A stretch of DNA of 64,000 bases from Candidatus Pacearchaeota archaeon (GTDB lineage: Archaea; Nanobdellota; Nanobdellia; Pacearchaeales; GW2011-AR1), in NCBI GenBank assembly GCA_040879765.1, contig JBBDJQ010000001.1, positions 348,023 to 412,022 of the forward strand. Reading direction: 5' to 3'. Numbering within the stretch: position 1 is the stretch's first letter; the number at the start of each line of letters is the position of its first letter. The position numbers and the translations under genes are program-made. The notes under the pieces were generated by a model. The model made no database searches and was not told where the DNA came from. It worked only from the letters and a program-made list of their open reading frames with translations. Positions 8,633 to 16,452 of the stretch are shown here, one piece after another.

Positions 8633-11041
8633 CTACAACTCAAACCCCATATTCTTCAAATGACCTTCGACCTTCTTGCTCAATTCTTCAACTTCTTTTG
8701 TGAGTTCAGGAAGTGGTGCTTCATATCTTTCAGCTAACTCCTTAATTCTACCAGCTAATTTCTGCGAAATTCGTTCCATCTCGCTTTTAACTGCATTCCG
8801 AAGTGTTGTCATCCATTTATCATCAACAACTAAAACCTTAATCTCTTCTTCAGTCAAAGTATTATATTTCTTTAATAACTGCCTATCAAGAGTTTCTTCT
8901 GCTTCTTTGATTTGTTTCTTCAATACACTTTCCTTCTCAATCAAATCAAGATATTCTTGAAGAATTTTTAATTCGTCCAAATACTCAGAATCTCCTTTAA
9001 TTTCTTTGATTCTTTTGTTCAAATCGTTTTTAGTGATTTTTCCTGCATCACTTCGAGCATCAGCAAATAAGTCATCTTCTCCTGAATGTTCTTCTTCCAA
9101 ACTTTCTTTATTCTGAGAAACTTCTTCAAGCTCATTTTTTAGATTATCAATATTTTCTTGTTCAGCAGAAAAATATCTTTTTATAACAATCTCTTTAGGA
9201 ATTAAATCACAATCCCAGCCTGTTTCTTTTCCTTTCTTATTTTTTAGAATATTAATTTCAACTTTCCAACCACCAAAGACAACCATATAAGCATCATCCT
9301 GCATGGTTTCAGCCCAATAATTCATCAAATGCTGATAAACTTCATACTTATCAATCAAATCAAGTTTAGCAAACGAATTCAAAATATCTTCTGATATAGT
9401 AAAAATTAATTCTTTAGGTTTATCTGCTATCTTCAAAGCTTTCAAAACTTTAACATTTCTGTTCTCCCATTCATCAAATACTAACTCGATTTTTTTAGAA
9501 TATGCAATAAACTCAGGATGAGCAAATATGGAAGATTTAACCTTTTCATGTTCTATTTTAATCTTTACATATCCATCTCTTGAAGTAGCAAACAGTTCAT
9601 TTTGAAGAGTAGGATACACTTTCCAATATTCTCCTAAAGCTTCAACATCTTTTTTAGGAATGTCTCCTTTCAAATGCGCGTCAATATCTTGCATGTCTTC
9701 TTCTTCTTGGCTGTCAATATATCGAGGAATATTTAGATTATAATCGTTTTTCTCATTGCATATTTCAGTATGTGCAACCATCCTTGAATATTTTGGAAGT
9801 TCAAGCTGTTTGTTAAATACATCAACAATCTTATGAATATCTCTTGAACGTAAACGGTTTTTATTTCCGTCTTTATAGTATCCTTTGCTTGCATCTATCA
9901 TAAAAATACCTTTTCTATTTTCAGCATTTTCTTTATCTATAATTATTATACAAGCAGGAATTCCAGTTCCAAAAAACAAGTTAGCAGGAAGTCCAATAAT
10001 TCCTTTAATGTATCCTCTTTTGATTATGTTCTTTCTTATCTGTCCTTCAGCATTTCCTCTAAATAATACGCCATGCGGCAATATTACTGCTGCTTTTCCA
10101 GTACTCTTAAGAGACCTAATCATATGCAACAAGAAAGCATAATCCCCATTTTTCTTTGGAGGAATTCCAAAACCTTCAAATCTTCCGAATTCATCATTAT
10201 CTGCATCTAATCCATTACTCCAATTTTTACTGGAAAATGGAGGATTAGCTACTAAATAATCAAATGTCTTTAAGCCACCATCTGGATTTTTAAAATGAGG
10301 AGCAGAAAGAGTATTTCCCCTCCAAATATCAGCAGTAGGATTATTATGTAAAATCATATTCATCTTAGCCAAACCACGAGTTGCAACATCATTTTCTTGA
10401 CCGTAAATAGTAATTCCATGTTTTGTTTCAGAAGCTGCTTTCAACAATAATGAACCTGAACCACAAGTTGGATCATAAACTGTTTTTGCCTGACTATCTG
10501 CTTTTTCTATTTCAATAACTTTTGCCATGATTCTTGAAACTTCAGCAGGAGTATAAAATTGACCTTTACTTTTTCCTGATTCTGTTGCAAAATGTCTCAT
10601 TAGATATTCATAAGCATCTCCAAGCAAATCATCATCTTCTGCTCTATTCTTACTAAAATCTAAAGCAGGATTTTCAAAAATTGCAACAAGATTTGAAAGC
10701 CTATTCTGCATATCTTTTCCACTTCCAAGTTTGTCTGAATCATTAAAATCTGCAACATCAATAACTCCTTTTAATTCATTAGATTCTGCAAGTTTAGAAA
10801 TAATTTTATTCATTCCATCGCCGATTTCAGCTTTTCCTTTCAACTTTATCATATCATCAAAGCTTCCACCATTAGGAACATCAATTAAAAATTCTTGATC
10901 GGATTTTGCTTTATCAGAAACATATTTTACGAATAAAAGAACTAAGACATAATCTTTATACTGTGAGGCATCCATACCACCTCTTAATTCATCGCAACTT
11001 TTCCAAAGAGAGCTGTATAATTCACTTTTTTTTACTGCCAT
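8633..11041 (-). CDS. hsdM: Type I R-M N6-adenine DNA methyltransferase (HsdM) with ~300-aa C-terminal coiled-coil extension
   Basis: Motif I DPTCGSGSLL and motif IV NPPF. 802 aa. The C-terminal third is charged and coiled-coil-like. Confidence 0.9.
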   Translation of the reverse strand: MAVKKSELYSSLWKSCDELRGGMDASQYKDYVLVLLFVKYVSDKAKSDQEFLIDVPNGGSFDDMIKLKGKAEIGDGMNKIISKLAESNELKGVIDVADFNDSDKLGSGKDMQNRLSNLVAIFENPALDFSKNRAEDDDLLGDAYEYLMRHFATESGKSKGQFYTPAEVSRIMAKVIEIEKADSQAKTVYDPTCGSGSLLLKAASETKHGITIYGQENDVATRGLAKMNMILHNNPTADIWRGNTLSAPHFKNPDGGLKTFDYLVANPPFSSKNWSNGLDADNDEFGRFEGFGIPPKKNGDYAFLLHMIRSLKSTGKAAVILPHGVLFRGNAEGQIRKNIIKRGYIKGIIGLPANLFFGTGIPACIIIIDKENAENRKGIFMIDASKGYYKDGNKNRLRSRDIHKIVDVFNKQLELPKYSRMVAHTEICNEKNDYNLNIPRYIDSQEEEDMQDIDAHLKGDIPKKDVEALGEYWKVYPTLQNELFATSRDGYVKIKIEHEKVKSSIFAHPEFIAYSKKIELVFDEWENRNVKVLKALKIADKPKELIFTISEDILNSFAKLDLIDKYEVYQHLMNYWAETMQDDAYMVVFGGWKVEINILKNKKGKETGWDCDLIPKEIVIKRYFSAEQENIDNLKNELEEVSQNKESLEEEHSGEDDLFADARSDAGKITKNDLNKRIKEIKGDSEYLDELKILQEYLDLIEKESVLKKQIKEAEETLDRQLLKKYNTLTEEEIKVLVVDDKWMTTLRNAVKSEMERISQKLAGRIKELAERYEAPLPELTKEVEELSKKVEGHLKNMGFEL

Positions 11042-11042
11042 A

Positions 11043-11189
11043 TTATTCTCGCCCCCTCTTCTTTAGTTCTTCTTCCATACACTTTTCAAATTGACGAGAT
11101 ACAATCCAACCCTCATGTTTACAGAGTTCTCTATATTTATCATATAATTTCGTATTAACTTTCAATGTGATATTTTTACTTTCTTCCAT
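11043..11189 (-). CDS. Small ribbon-helix-helix (CopG-like) protein, putative operon regulator
   Basis: 48-aa ORF, MEESKNITLKVNTKLYDKYRELCKHEGWIVSRQFEKCMEEELKKRGRE, absent from the ORF track because it is below the length cut-off. It has a beta-strand followed by two helices. Its stop TAA lies 1 nt before the hsdM ATG. It is preceded by a GAGGGGGCGAGAATG SD-like motif. Confidence 0.5.
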   Translation of the reverse strand: MEESKNITLKVNTKLYDKYRELCKHEGWIVSRQFEKCMEEELKKRGRE

Positions 11190-11260
11190 TCTCGCCCCCT
11201 CTGATGATTAGACTAAATATAAATAACCGCACATATTTATAAATATTGCTATAATACAAT

Positions 11261-11376
11261 GTTCTTTTAGAAAAAGAACCAAAAGTAAAAGCCCCCTCTT
11301 TTTTCTTTTTTAAAAAAAGAAACAAAAAATCTGGACTCCCCCTCGTCCTTCGGACATATAGTCTCCTACGGAGAAA
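11261..11376 (+). repeat. Two A/T palindromes plus a 'CGTCCTTCGGACATATAGTCT' module in the divergent hsdM/hydrolase intergenic region
   Basis: GTTCTTTTAGAAAAAGAAC and TTTTTTCTTTTTTAAAAAAAGAAA palindromes. CCTCGTCCTTCGGACATATAGTCTCCTACGGAGAAA matches 298-337 and is partly shared with 1925-1955 and 34318-34340. Confidence 0.55.
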
Positions 11377-11430
11377 TTTATTATCGTGAAAATTTAACTG
11401 AGCCTTCGGCTTTTTTTCTTGCAGAAAAAA

Positions 11431-11513
11431 CGTATAACAGCGATTAAGAGGAAATTTCCTGCTGAAATTTCCCAAATTCGCTTCGCGAACTTCTCTTAAT
11501 CGCGATGTTATGT
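11431..11513 (+). repeat. attC-like structured hairpin element A3
   Basis: 5' ATAACAGCGATTAAGAGG pairs with 3' CTCTTAATCGCGATGTTAT. Loop AAATTTCCTGCTGAAATTTCCCAAATT is identical to that of A4. Confidence 0.65.
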
Positions 11514-11574
11514 GCAATTTTTGGCGGCGGCTAGAAGAAACTTTTATTAATCCTGCTTCCTTTATTTATTAACT

Positions 11575-12132
11575 ATGACCAACATTATTATCATTCATGG
11601 TACTGGCGGAAATCCCAACGGAAACTGGTTTCCTTGGCTTAAATCTGAACTTGAAAAAATAGATTGTAGAGTTTTCGTCCCAAAATTTCCTCTTCAAGAA
11701 AATCAATCGTTAGAAAATTGGCTCAAAGTTTTCAAAGATTATGAGCAATACTTGGACGAAAACTCTATTGTTGTTGGTCATAGTCTCGGACCTGCATTTT
11801 TGTTAAGTGTTCTTGAAAATCTACAACACCCAATCAAAGCAGCATTTTTTGTTGCTGGTTTTACAGGTTTGCTGAATAATCCTGACTTTGATGAACTTAA
11901 TAAAACATTTACTACCAAAAGCTTTGATTGGGATAAAATCAAGAACAATTGCAAGAGATTTTATGTAATCAATTCCGATAATGACCCTTATGTTCCTCTT
12001 GAAAAAGGAAAATCTCTTGCTCAAAATTTAGACACGGAATTGATTACTATCAAAAATGCAGGTCATATTAATGAGGAAGCAGGATTTACTGAATTTGAGT
12101 TTCTTCTTGATAAAATAAAGAATGAATTATAA
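11575..12132 (+). CDS. Alpha/beta-hydrolase fold serine hydrolase (RBBP9/YdeN-like)
   Basis: GHSLG nucleophile elbow, HGTGGNP N-terminal motif, and a C-terminal GH. 185 aa. Confidence 0.75.
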   Translation: MTNIIIIHGTGGNPNGNWFPWLKSELEKIDCRVFVPKFPLQENQSLENWLKVFKDYEQYLDENSIVVGHSLGPAFLLSVLENLQHPIKAAFFVAGFTGLLNNPDFDELNKTFTTKSFDWDKIKNNCKRFYVINSDNDPYVPLEKGKSLAQNLDTELITIKNAGHINEEAGFTEFEFLLDKIKNEL

Positions 12133-12180
12133 CGCCGCCGCCAAAAACTGTCCCTTCGGTCGTTCGCCTTGCAGGCTCAC

Positions 12181-12262
12181 CACATAACAAGGGATAAAAG
12201 GAAATTTCCTGCTGAAATTTCCCAAATTGCCTTCGGCAACTTCTTTTATCCCTAACGTTCAA
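12181..12262 (+). repeat. attC-like structured hairpin element A4
   Basis: 5' ATAACAAGGGATAAAAGG pairs with 3' CTTTTATCCCTAACGTT. Same loop as A3. Confidence 0.65.
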
Positions 12263-12373
12263 GGAAATCACAGATGAGTCTAAAGCCCCCGACCACCCGC
12301 CCCAAAATAGTCAAATCAAAGATTTGAAATTATCATTAGAGACTGCGTGCAAAACAAAAAGTAAGGAGAGGAT

Positions 12374-12691
12374 TCAGTATTCTCTTTCTACAGTCAATAA
12401 AGGATGCAAAGCTTCATATTCTGGAGAACCTTTTTTGTAAACAATTGAATCCTCAATATTTGGAACTTGGGAACCATTTCCATAAGCAAATCTCTTCATA
12501 ACAATTCCATCTATGTAGATTTTATTATCACTATAGTGGGGCTCAATCACTACTTTTTCGGCAGTTGTCACAAAAATTGTTGGTTGTCTTTCGGAATCAC
12601 TTTTTTGCTCGTTATTCGTTTCATGGTTACATCCTGTAAAAGCCATAGCCCCTGCTAAAACAATTGATGCCAGTGTGTTTTTTGTTTTCAT
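12374..12691 (-). CDS. Small secreted lipoprotein-like protein
   Basis: Signal peptide with an AFTGC lipobox-like motif. 105 aa. Confidence 0.45.
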   Translation of the reverse strand: MKTKNTLASIVLAGAMAFTGCNHETNNEQKSDSERQPTIFVTTAEKVVIEPHYSDNKIYIDGIVMKRFAYGNGSQVPNIEDSIVYKKGSPEYEALHPLLTVEREY

Positions 12692-12781
12692 GTTTAATAC
12701 CTCCTTGCAATTATTTTGTAACTTTATAGTAGTGTAGTGTTAGAGTAATATTTAAATATATGTGGTGTTATACAATACCAC

Positions 12782-13537
12782 ATGATGCTTGAAAATCTGA
12801 AAGAACTCGGTCTGAGTGCGGGACAAATTAAAGTATATTCTGCTGTTTTAGAGTTAGGTATATCTACACTTAACAAAATACAAGAAAAAACAGGTATAGA
12901 GCGCAGAAATATATATGACATTTTAAACAAGCTCATAGAAGCAGGGCTTATTTCATACACTATTGAAAAAGGAAAAAGAACATACCAGTGTACGCATCCA
13001 AACAAACTTCTTGAAGAAATTAAAGATAAGGAGAAAAAGTTAAAGAATCTTGAAAGCCAAATTCCTGCTATAAAGGATCTTTTTGATCTCTCCAAACCAG
13101 AAATAAAAGCGGAAGTTTTTAGGGGAACTGAAGCAATTAAATCTCTTTTTGACGAAATACTTGAATACAAAGAATCTTATTGGTTAGGAGGAAATAGCTT
13201 TGAGGAATACAAAGCAGTTCCTGATAGTTTGCAAGTTTGGTTTGGACATTGGATGAATCAGAGAGTTGAAAAAAAACATGTGATGAATGATTTAGTCAGT
13301 CAGGGTACTTTTCTGAAAGGTTTAGAACCCAATAAAATAAGCAAACATAAAATTGCTTATTATAAGTATTGTTCACTACCAAAAGACCTTTATGTGCCGA
13401 TGGTAATAATAATTTTCGGCAATAAAGTTGCACAAATCTTATGGGGAAAACAATCCTTTGCTTTCGTATTAGAATCTGATAAAATAAAGGAAAGCTTTAT
13501 GAGATATTTCAATCATTTCTGGAAAAATCCTTACTAA
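12782..13537 (+). CDS. TrmB-family transcriptional regulator
   Basis: N-terminal wHTH (LGLSAGQIKVYSAVLELG...TLNKIQEKTGIERRNIYDILNKL) followed by a C-terminal effector domain. Confidence 0.7.
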   Translation: MMLENLKELGLSAGQIKVYSAVLELGISTLNKIQEKTGIERRNIYDILNKLIEAGLISYTIEKGKRTYQCTHPNKLLEEIKDKEKKLKNLESQIPAIKDLFDLSKPEIKAEVFRGTEAIKSLFDEILEYKESYWLGGNSFEEYKAVPDSLQVWFGHWMNQRVEKKHVMNDLVSQGTFLKGLEPNKISKHKIAYYKYCSLPKDLYVPMVIIIFGNKVAQILWGKQSFAFVLESDKIKESFMRYFNHFWKNPY

Positions 13538-13647
13538 AAATAAAACAACGCGCGCCGCCCCACCATCCAAAAATTCCAAATTAACTCTGCGGTGCTCACT
13601 TCGTTCCGCTCCTCGCCATGTCTTGCAGACTTTCGCCTTTGGCTCAG

Positions 13648-13736
13648 GACAGATAACAGTGATTATCTGGGATTTTCCTGCAAAAAATCCTCAAATTTCA
13701 CTTCGTGAAACTTCAGATAATCGCGATGTTGCTTGG
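13648..13736 (+). repeat. attC-like structured hairpin element A5
   Basis: 5' GATAACAGTGATTATCTGG pairs with 3' CAGATAATCGCGATGTTG. Loop GATTTTCCTGCAAAAAATCCTCAAATTTCAC. Confidence 0.6.
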
Positions 13737-13788
13737 CTTCGCCCAAAGAAGAAAAATTTATAAGTAACCATTCATCTTTTATTATATT

Positions 13789-14064
13789 ATGAAAAAAGAA
13801 ATTATTATTGGTGTTTTTGTCGGATTAATTTTAGGTTTAGTAATTGGATTTTTTATCTTTTCTCCAAAAACACCTATTGAAAATTTAAAGTTAAAAATTT
13901 GTCCAGATGCATGGTATGATGATCAAATGCCAACAATAATTGGAAGTAATAATCCTCCTTCACAATATTTCATTATAGATGGTGAAAGAAGAGAACTTTC
14001 TGAGTTTGATGTGGATTGGATAAAAGAAAATTGTGAAGTTAATGAACCAACTGTTGTTCAATAA
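13789..14064 (+). CDS. Small membrane-anchored protein
   Basis: 91 aa. One N-terminal TM helix. A CxxxC pair in the soluble part. Confidence 0.4.
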   Translation: MKKEIIIGVFVGLILGLVIGFFIFSPKTPIENLKLKICPDAWYDDQMPTIIGSNNPPSQYFIIDGERRELSEFDVDWIKENCEVNEPTVVQ

Positions 14065-14162
14065 ATCTTTCTTCTTTTCCCACCCTAATTTACTGCACCT
14101 AAAACTCAAAATCCTTTGGATTTTGCCACGCCTTGCAGGCTCTCCTCCTTTCAGTCGTCGGG

Positions 14163-14262
14163 TCACTTAACAAGGATTATACGGTTCAGCCCTCGGCTCG
14201 GGCTTCACCCAAATTTTTCTTCCACTTCGTTACAGAAAAACTTCTTATATCCCTAACGTTAG
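14163..14262 (+). repeat. attC-like structured hairpin element A6
   Basis: 5' CTTAACAAGGATTATACGG pairs with 3' CTTATATCCCTAACGTTAG. Central CACCCAAATTTTTCTTCC as in A1. Confidence 0.55.
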
Positions 14263-14460
14263 TTTCAATTTTTGAGAATGCCTACAAGTTAGAGTTAAAA
14301 CAAAGAAATAGGAAATAATATTTTTTCTCCCACCCAATAGGAGAGACGCGCGCAGTTGCTTCGCAACATTTAGTCTTGACTTCGTCAAGAAATTTTATTT
14401 GGCACTTTTCCAAAAAAGTTTAGATAACTTTTTAAATAAGTTATTCTATTTGTATTTATT

Positions 14461-15207
14461 ATGATAGAGTTTGCAGAATTCAAAAAATTTTTCCTATTTA
14501 ACTTAATTGGAGCGTTAGTTATTTCTGCAATCGTTGCAGTAGTTACTGTTCTTATTGGAGAATTTAATGAAACTGCTGCAAGAGTTTTATTCACTCTATT
14601 GATGGTCATTGTTCATTCGTTAATTGCTCTTGCTTTTATATGGGACGACACGAGACAAAATACTTTTGATAGACTTGCATTTTTTACTAACATCTTATTT
14701 TTAATTATTGTTGTTAGTTTTATTACTTCTATTCTTGGAATTTGGGAAGTACTTCCCGGAGAAATGGTTTGGAATCTATATCAAACTTATTTTGTAGTTG
14801 GATTTGCATCACTACACTCAGATATTTTATCTAAAGCTTTGAAAAGAGAAAAATATCTTGATATGATAGTTTACTTAAACTATGTATTTATTGCAATAGT
14901 TGTTTCGATGTTAATGCCTGTTATTTATATCGATAATGCCTTTAAGGTTCTAGGAGAGGTATATTATCGATTTTTAGGTGCAGCTGGAATTATTGACGGA
15001 ACATTAAGTATTTTGGCAATAATATTCTATAAACTTTATATGCACAAACATCCTGAAGAACAAAATACTTTGGCTGGTGGAGTACAATCAAGAAAAACAC
15101 AAAAGAAAGGACTAAGTATCTGGGTTTGGATTTTAATAGCATATTTACTTCTTCAAGTAGTTTTACCATTACTTTTTTATGGTGGATTTTGGTTATTCAA
15201 TAGATAA
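14461..15207 (+). CDS. Polytopic membrane protein (hypothetical)
   Basis: 248 aa. About six hydrophobic helices. Confidence 0.55.
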   Translation: MIEFAEFKKFFLFNLIGALVISAIVAVVTVLIGEFNETAARVLFTLLMVIVHSLIALAFIWDDTRQNTFDRLAFFTNILFLIIVVSFITSILGIWEVLPGEMVWNLYQTYFVVGFASLHSDILSKALKREKYLDMIVYLNYVFIAIVVSMLMPVIYIDNAFKVLGEVYYRFLGAAGIIDGTLSILAIIFYKLYMHKHPEEQNTLAGGVQSRKTQKKGLSIWVWILIAYLLLQVVLPLLFYGGFWLFNR

Positions 15208-15215
15208 AAGTACCA

Positions 15216-15360
15216 TTTCTTTTTAGAAAAAAAGAAACAAAAAAAGTGCGCGTCTCTCTAATACATTGCCCACCCAAAAAATATTATTTCAAATTAATAC
15301 AAACAGCATTCTCAAAAACTTTGATTTTTTGCCTTCGGCATCGTTGCACTAAAAATCACC
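15216..15360 (+). repeat. Second copy of the palindrome / CTCTAATACAT / GCCTTCGGCATCGTTGCACTAAAA composite module
   Basis: TTTCTTTTTAGAAAAAAAGAAACAAAAAAAG ... CTCTCTAATACATTG ... TTGCCTTCGGCATCGTTGCACTAAAAATCACC. Overlaps the rnhB 3' end by a few nt. Confidence 0.6.
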
Positions 15361-16020
15361 CAACTTTGTTTGGTTGGTTGCCATAATGGCTTGTTTCCAA
15401 GTTGCCCATGACTTTCTAAATATTCCTTTATCATTATGTTTCTTTAGATTTTTAGCAAGGAAAGTTTTTGTCAAAGGGTCTGAAGTATATCCTGAACCTA
15501 TTTCTTCACCATAAATTTCTTTTAACTTTTTCATTTCTTTTTCTCTTGTGTTTTTTGCTAGGATTGATGCGGCAGAAACTGATATGTGGTTTTGGTCTGC
15601 CTTGTGTTGACATAAGATTTCCAAGTTTGAAAGATTGTCTATCTTTGTTTTCAATAAATCTTGCCATTTTATTATGCTTGTTGAAGGACAATCGACAATT
15701 ACTCTTATTTTCCCATAACCTTTGTTTATTTTGTTTATTATTTTTGCACAAGCAATTGCTTCAATTTCGTTTAAATTAGTCCCTTCTTTAATCAATTTAT
15801 CTATTTGCTCGGGTTTCACAATAACTACCTCAAATGCTTCTATTTTTTCCTTAATTTTGTCTACAAGGAACTCCCTTCTTTTTTCTGTTAATTGTTTGCT
15901 ATCTCTTACCCCGAGCTTTCTTAGTCCTGTTGAATGTTTGTTGTCCATTAAAACTCCAGAGAGAATCATTGGGCCTATCACCGGACCTCTGCCTGCATCA
16001 TCAATTCCTAGTTCGAGCAT
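15349..16020 (-). CDS. rnhB: Ribonuclease HII
   Basis: GIDDAGRGPVIGPM N-terminal signature. 223 aa. Confidence 0.9.
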   Translation of the reverse strand: MLELGIDDAGRGPVIGPMILSGVLMDNKHSTGLRKLGVRDSKQLTEKRREFLVDKIKEKIEAFEVVIVKPEQIDKLIKEGTNLNEIEAIACAKIINKINKGYGKIRVIVDCPSTSIIKWQDLLKTKIDNLSNLEILCQHKADQNHISVSAASILAKNTREKEMKKLKEIYGEEIGSGYTSDPLTKTFLAKNLKKHNDKGIFRKSWATWKQAIMATNQTKLGDF

Positions 16021-16039
16021 TAGGTTTCCTGTTTGATAA

Positions 16040-16053
16040 ACTTTATAAATTTA
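16040..16053 (+). promoter_or_regulatory. Archaeal TATA box (CTTTATAAATTT) about 25 nt upstream of the initiator tRNA
   Basis: Matches the TTTATAAA consensus at canonical spacing. A similar CTTTATAAATT sits upstream of rpl7ae at about 35170. Confidence 0.45.
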
Positions 16054-16072
16054 ATTCTGGTGGAGTTCCTAT

Positions 16073-16148
16073 AGCGCGGTGGAGCAGTCTGGAGTGCTCG
16101 CGAGGCCCATAACCTCGAGGTCGCGTGGTTCAAATCCCGCCCGCGCTA
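16073..16148 (+). tRNA. tRNA-Met, initiator type (anticodon CAT, A1:U72)
   Basis: Manual fold. Acceptor AGCGCGG/CCGCGCT, D-stem GAGC/GCTC, anticodon stem CGAGG/CCTCG, loop CCCATAA, T-loop TTCAAAT. Unusual features are C33 and a bulged T in the T-stem 5' strand (GCG-T-GG). Confidence 0.55.
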
Positions 16149-16229
16149 TTTCTCTCTATCAAAAACCTTAAAACCAAATAATTCTACATTTTAAGGAGGG
16201 TTACACGAAGGAAACCTTAGTGTCCTCGT

Positions 16230-16363
16230 GCCTCGGTCGCATAGTGGTTATTGCACCGGATTGCTAAGCAGAACTGTCCAGCGGGGTTCCGCACCTCCAG
16301 CGACCAACTGCAGTGAAGATCCGGGCCCTTCGGGGCTCGCAGGTTCGAATCCTGCCCGAGGCG
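16230..16363 (+). tRNA. tRNA-Ser (anticodon GCT) with an intron of about 52 nt at 37/38
   Basis: Acceptor GCCTCGG/CCGAGGC, anticodon stem CCGGA/TCCGG flanking the intron, long variable arm GCCC-TTCG-GGGC, T-arm GCAGG-TTCGAAT-CCTGC, discriminator G. Confidence 0.65.
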
Positions 16364-16440
16364 TTCCTGATGCCTGCGCGGAGAGGTGCAGCTATGAGCC
16401 CGGGAAGTATGAGGACTTGTTTGAATAAACTGCCCGAGGC

Positions 16441-16447
16441 GTTTTTT
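16441..16447 (+). terminator. Oligo-T tract after the tRNA cluster
   Basis: GTTTTTT immediately after a 12-nt copy of the tRNA-Ser 3' end. Confidence 0.3.
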
Positions 16448-16452
16448 AGAAA

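Noticed and set aside
2729-10142. Antisense ORFs inside hsdR/hsdS/X/hsdM (2729-3004, 3473-3706, 4350-4535, 6253-6528, 8676-8960, 9885-10142)
   Set aside because: They are embedded in the opposite strand of long, well-supported genes. Their composition is low-complexity and Ser/Leu/Phe-rich, typical of AT-rich antisense frames.
11176-11517. 113-aa ORF on the minus strand
   Set aside because: It runs through the palindrome and hairpin repeat modules and overlaps the RHH gene start. It is most likely non-coding.
12724-13170. 148-aa minus-strand ORF
   Set aside because: It is antisense to the TrmB-family regulator gene, which has a clear wHTH domain.
110-14262. Interpreting the hairpin family as C/D-box or H/ACA sRNAs
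   Set aside because: There is no RUGAUGA C box or CUGA D box at the expected termini (the 3' ends read CGAUGUU or AACGUU). There is no ACA at 3'+3. The elements are 80-130 nt long hairpins rather than k-turn bipartite guides.
16228-16428. 66-aa ORF overlapping tRNA-Ser; also ORFs 52287-52472, 52430-52633 and 56699-56887 overlapping tRNAs
   Set aside because: They coincide with confidently folded tRNA genes.
16364-16441. Possible integrated element marked by duplicated tRNA-Ser 3' end
   Set aside because: The two 12-nt copies are only 66 nt apart, so there is no room for an element. It is retained only as a low-interest observation.
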